This document shows positions 36,372-41,931 of a stretch of 41,931 nucleotides of DNA, in pieces. Under the pieces are notes generated by a model that was not told the origin of the DNA, ran no database searches, and worked only from the letters and a program-made list of their open reading frames with translations. This stretch comes from Gemmatimonadaceae bacterium (GTDB taxonomy: Bacteria; Gemmatimonadota; Gemmatimonadetes; Gemmatimonadales; Gemmatimonadaceae): NCBI GenBank assembly GCA_033763905.1, contig JANRJP010000138.1, positions 1 through 41,931 of the forward strand, given 5' to 3'. Within the stretch, counting starts at the first letter, position 1; the number at the start of each line of letters is the position of its first letter. The position numbers were made by a program, and so were the translations under genes.

Positions 36372-37997
36372 TCAAGGCGCGGGGCTGGCGTCGCGGGCGA
36401 GGCGCCGAGCCGGATCGACCGACCAATCCGCCAGCGTTGCCCACCAGCCGTCTTCCCGCAGCGCGGACGTCACGAGACGTGCGTGCATCGCCAGCGCGCC
36501 GCTGGGCTGCACCAGAAACACGGCGGGCGCCTCTTGCACCAGCACATCCACGGCCTGTTGGAGCTGCGCGCGGACCGCGGCGGCGGTGCTGGCCCGCTCG
36601 GCGGCCTCGAGGCTCCGCACGAACGAGTCCGAGACCCAGCCCGTGACGTTGCCCGGTACGGGCTGGCCGTCGCGACTCCCCCATTGTTCCGCCAGCCCGA
36701 ACGGGCTCGGGTCCGTGGAGTACGCCTGAATCGCTGCATCGAAGCGATGTTGATTTACTGCCGCGACGAACGCGGGGAAGTCGCGTTGCTCGACCCTGAC
36801 CGCGATGCCAAGCCCGCGCAGCGACTCCTGAATCAGCGTGGCCATTTGCACGCGCGGTCGGCTGGGACCAGGGACCAGAATCGCAAACGACAACGCGCGC
36901 CCATTGCGGCTGCGCGTGCCGTCGGGGCCGGCGTGCCATCCGGCGCTGTCGAGCAGGGCAGCGGCGCGCGCGCGGTCGAACGCGGGCACCGTCGTCGCCG
37001 AGAGTCCGGGCAACGGGCCGGTCGCCGGCTTGCCGAGCGAGTCGAAGACATTCCGCGCGATGGCGGCGGCGTCGACCGCGTGCGCGATCGCCCGCCGCAC
37101 CCGCGCATCGCCGAACACCGGGTGCGTCGGTCGCGCGTCGAAGAGCATCGACCCGATCGTCCGCGTCCGGATCGACACCACTTTGAGCGTCGGTACCGCG
37201 CGGACCTCGGCGAACTGCCCACCGCGGAGGTTTTCGACCAGGTCCGCTTCGCCCGCGACCAGCTGCGCCATCGCAGCCGGCGGTTCGGGTACGAGGCTCC
37301 AGATCACCCGATCGAGGACGGCGCGGCCGCGGGGATGGCTGGTGTCCGAGGCGATTTCGATGCGCTCGCCGGGCCGCCACTCGACGAACCGGAATCGTCC
37401 GCTGCCGACCGGACGACGCGCGGCCGGATGCGTCCGCAGTGTGGCGGGGGGAATCGTGTCGAGCAGGTGGCTCGGCAGCACGAAGATCTGATAGGCGATG
37501 TCGTAGAAGCGCTGGGGGGTCTTGCGCTTGAACCACGCGACCGCGGTCAGCGAATCGGTCGCGGTCACCGAATCCACGTTGGCGAGCAGCGGGCCGGTCG
37601 CCGAGCCAGTTGCCGGATTCCGTACCAGGTTGAACGAGAAGACCACGTCGCGCGCACGCACCGGCACGCCGTCGTGGAAGCGGGCGCGAGGGTCGAGATC
37701 GAAGGCGAGCGAGAGGGAGTCGGCACTCCAGCGCCATCGCGTCGCGAGGCGGGGGGCCCACCCGGCGTCGCCGATGACGGGGACCGTATCCCCCGCAGCG
37801 GGCTCGGCGAGGCGCTCGAACAAGTTGTCGGCGACCGCGCGCCCGGTGGCGGTCATCACGAGCGGCGGCAGCAGCGCGTCGGCGTCGGCCGGCGTGGCGA
37901 TGATCAGGGTGCCGCCCGCATCGGCGGCACTTTGGACGCGCTCTGATCCACCGCACGCGGCGGCGGCCAGCAGCACACCGAACAACGATCGGCGCAT
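36372..37997 (-). CDS. oppA: Peptide ABC transporter substrate-binding lipoprotein (family 5, OppA/DppA)
   Basis: Lipobox MRRSLFGVLLAAAAC; PRLATRW, RFHDGVPV.A.DVVFS, PVGSGRF, FGDARVRRAIAHAVD. Confidence 0.9.
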   Translation of the reverse strand: MRRSLFGVLLAAAACGGSERVQSAADAGGTLIIATPADADALLPPLVMTATGRAVADNLFERLAEPAAGDTVPVIGDAGWAPRLATRWRWSADSLSLAFDLDPRARFHDGVPVRARDVVFSFNLVRNPATGSATGPLLANVDSVTATDSLTAVAWFKRKTPQRFYDIAYQIFVLPSHLLDTIPPATLRTHPAARRPVGSGRFRFVEWRPGERIEIASDTSHPRGRAVLDRVIWSLVPEPPAAMAQLVAGEADLVENLRGGQFAEVRAVPTLKVVSIRTRTIGSMLFDARPTHPVFGDARVRRAIAHAVDAAAIARNVFDSLGKPATGPLPGLSATTVPAFDRARAAALLDSAGWHAGPDGTRSRNGRALSFAILVPGPSRPRVQMATLIQESLRGLGIAVRVEQRDFPAFVAAVNQHRFDAAIQAYSTDPSPFGLAEQWGSRDGQPVPGNVTGWVSDSFVRSLEAAERASTAAAVRAQLQQAVDVLVQEAPAVFLVQPSGALAMHARLVTSALREDGWWATLADWSVDPARRLARDASPAP

Positions 37998-38067
37998 TCG
38001 GGGTCCGAGAAGGGGACAGAGACGACGGAGGGCACGTTGCCCCGTCTCGCGGGGCACCGCAAGACGG

Positions 38068-38838
38068 TCAGCGCGACCAGGTCCAGGCGGGATCCGCGTA
38101 GTGGGACAGCTCCCGCTTGAAGACGTCTGTGCCGAGCGCAGGCAACGAAATGGGGGTCGGCGCCACGCCCGTCGCCGCCGCGAGCGCGGCCGCCAGCGCG
38201 TCGGCGAACGCGGGCACCGTGGGTGGTGTGCGCATCAGCGATCGGAGCGTGGCGGCCGGCGGGACGGCGCGGGCCGGGACCAACAGGTACCGCGTCAGCC
38301 GCGGCTGGTCATCGTCAATGAGAATCGAGCCGTGCTGGAGCACGGCGCCGTCCCGCTGCACCTGCGCGCTGCCGACCAGCTTGCGATCGGCGACGGTGAG
38401 TTCGCCTTCGGCCGGGGTATCGAAGCACGGGGCCGCACCGGGGGCCGTCGCACGGGTCCCACGCGGCGCGGGCGTCACCGGGACCCCCAAGCGGTGCAGC
38501 GCATCGGCCACCAGGGCGCTCATCGCGCGATACGTCGCTCGACGGGGGACATCCGCTCCGGCAGGCGCGGCCATCGCGTAGGTGATCTCGCGATGATGCA
38601 ACAAGGCGCGCCCCCCGGTCGGCCGACGGACCACGTCGTATCCATCGGCGGCGATCAGGTGCGGGTCGTAGACGCCGCGGACCGACTGGTGCACACCGAA
38701 CGACACGGTGGGGGTCTGCCAGGCGTACACCCGGGCGACCGATTCCCCGGTCGCCCGGGCGTAGGCGAGCATCGCCGCATCGGTCGCCATATTCGCAGCC
38801 GCCGAGCGTGGAGGGGTGACCAGCAGGCGCCAGTGCAT
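38068..38838 (-). CDS. Lipoate-protein ligase family octanoyltransferase, LipM-like
   Basis: NMATD, RVYAW..PTVSFG, VRRPTGGRALLH, PCFDTP..GEL...RKLVGSAQ, VLQHGSI. At 256 aa it lacks the LplA C-terminal domain. Confidence 0.85.
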   Translation of the reverse strand: MHWRLLVTPPRSAAANMATDAAMLAYARATGESVARVYAWQTPTVSFGVHQSVRGVYDPHLIAADGYDVVRRPTGGRALLHHREITYAMAAPAGADVPRRATYRAMSALVADALHRLGVPVTPAPRGTRATAPGAAPCFDTPAEGELTVADRKLVGSAQVQRDGAVLQHGSILIDDDQPRLTRYLLVPARAVPPAATLRSLMRTPPTVPAFADALAAALAAATGVAPTPISLPALGTDVFKRELSHYADPAWTWSR

Positions 38839-38844
38839 CGGCGA

Positions 38845-38850
38845 AAGCTA
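38845..38850 (-). promoter_or_regulatory. Putative -10 element (TAGCTT) 6 nt upstream of lipM-like ATG (leaderless)
   Basis: The minus strand reads TAGCTT-tcgccg-ATG. Confidence 0.5.
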
Positions 38851-38931
38851 CGCGGTCGGACCGCAGTTCCGGACGCATTCCCCCACGAAAATCGATACGA
38901 TCGCGCCCCCGACCTGCGGCGGAATTGCGGT

Positions 38932-38937
38932 TAGATT
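38932..38937 (+). promoter_or_regulatory. Putative -10 element (TAGATT) 6 nt upstream of gcvP ATG (leaderless)
   Basis: TAGATT-tgcagt-ATG, with no SD. Confidence 0.55.
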
Positions 38938-38943
38938 TGCAGT

Positions 38944-41829
<2,886 letters not shown>

Positions 41830-41849
41830 CGGCGCGCGGAGGGCCGAAA

Positions 41850-41894
41850 CAACGGGCCGCCGTCGGCTGATGCCGACGGCGGCCCGTTGCCTTT
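41850..41894. terminator. Bidirectional intrinsic terminator between convergent genes
   Basis: Perfect 18-bp stem CAACGGGCCGCCGTCGGC-tgat-GCCGACGGCGGCCCGTTG, preceded by AAA and followed by CCTTT. Confidence 0.85.
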
Positions 41895-41931
41895 ACTGCC
41901 CGATGTGCTTGGCGTACTCGGCCGGTGACAT
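41893..41931 (-). CDS. 3' end of a convergent gene, probably glycine cleavage H protein (...MSPAEYAKHIGQ*)
   Basis: Only 12 codons plus TAA are visible. They resemble the GcvH C-terminus (LMxxxxYxxxI) and lie next to gcvP, but the fragment is too short for certainty. Confidence 0.45.
   Translation of the reverse strand: MSPAEYAKHIGQ

Noticed and set aside
35401..37956. 851-aa ORF suggesting an SBP-permease fusion
   Set aside because: The upstream part is an off-frame Arg-rich reading of oppA. The real OppB starts at about 36369-36375.
38839..38943. Glycine riboswitch upstream of gcvP
   Set aside because: The gap is only 105 nt and shared with a divergent gene. No glycine-aptamer motifs are recognisable and gcvP appears leaderless.

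Overview
GC-rich bacterial chromosomal segment of about 42 kb, densely coding and mostly housekeeping. Gene content (SusD-type lipoprotein, RicT, DUF3108, Omp85-like protein, single-chain GcvP) suggests a diderm, most plausibly Gemmatimonadota; this is an inference. Order: 3' end of a SusD/RagB gene, a lipoprotein, minus-strand dnaE-accA / ricT-metG, a divergent IPT/TIG zinc-metallopeptidase lipoprotein, a uvrD-sensor kinase-NarL regulator operon, ferrochelatase, a thiO / lipA-pdhA-pdhB-pdhC / lpdA-lipB cluster, a GT2-DUF3108-deoxyhypusine-synthase-like operon, a hypothetical-PspA-like-Omp85 group, an oppABCDF+POT peptide uptake operon, a LipM-like octanoyltransferase, gcvP and probably the end of gcvH. 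I saw no tRNA, rRNA, CRISPR array, prophage or transposase. The most notable signals are: (1) a ferrochelatase resembling the animal/mitochondrial [2Fe-2S] type, including the C-terminal Cys motif; (2) a recurrent TAGnTT-N6-start architecture implying leaderless mRNAs; (3) a RicT lacking the Cys I recall as shared with RicF, and carrying an Arg-rich disordered tail; (4) an uncharacterised translationally coupled GT2/DUF3108/DHS-like operon; (5) separate LipB and LipM-type octanoyltransferases beside PDH and the glycine cleavage genes; (6) a triple-CACGAAG palindrome within the pdh cluster. All family assignments come from motif recognition by eye; no searches were run.
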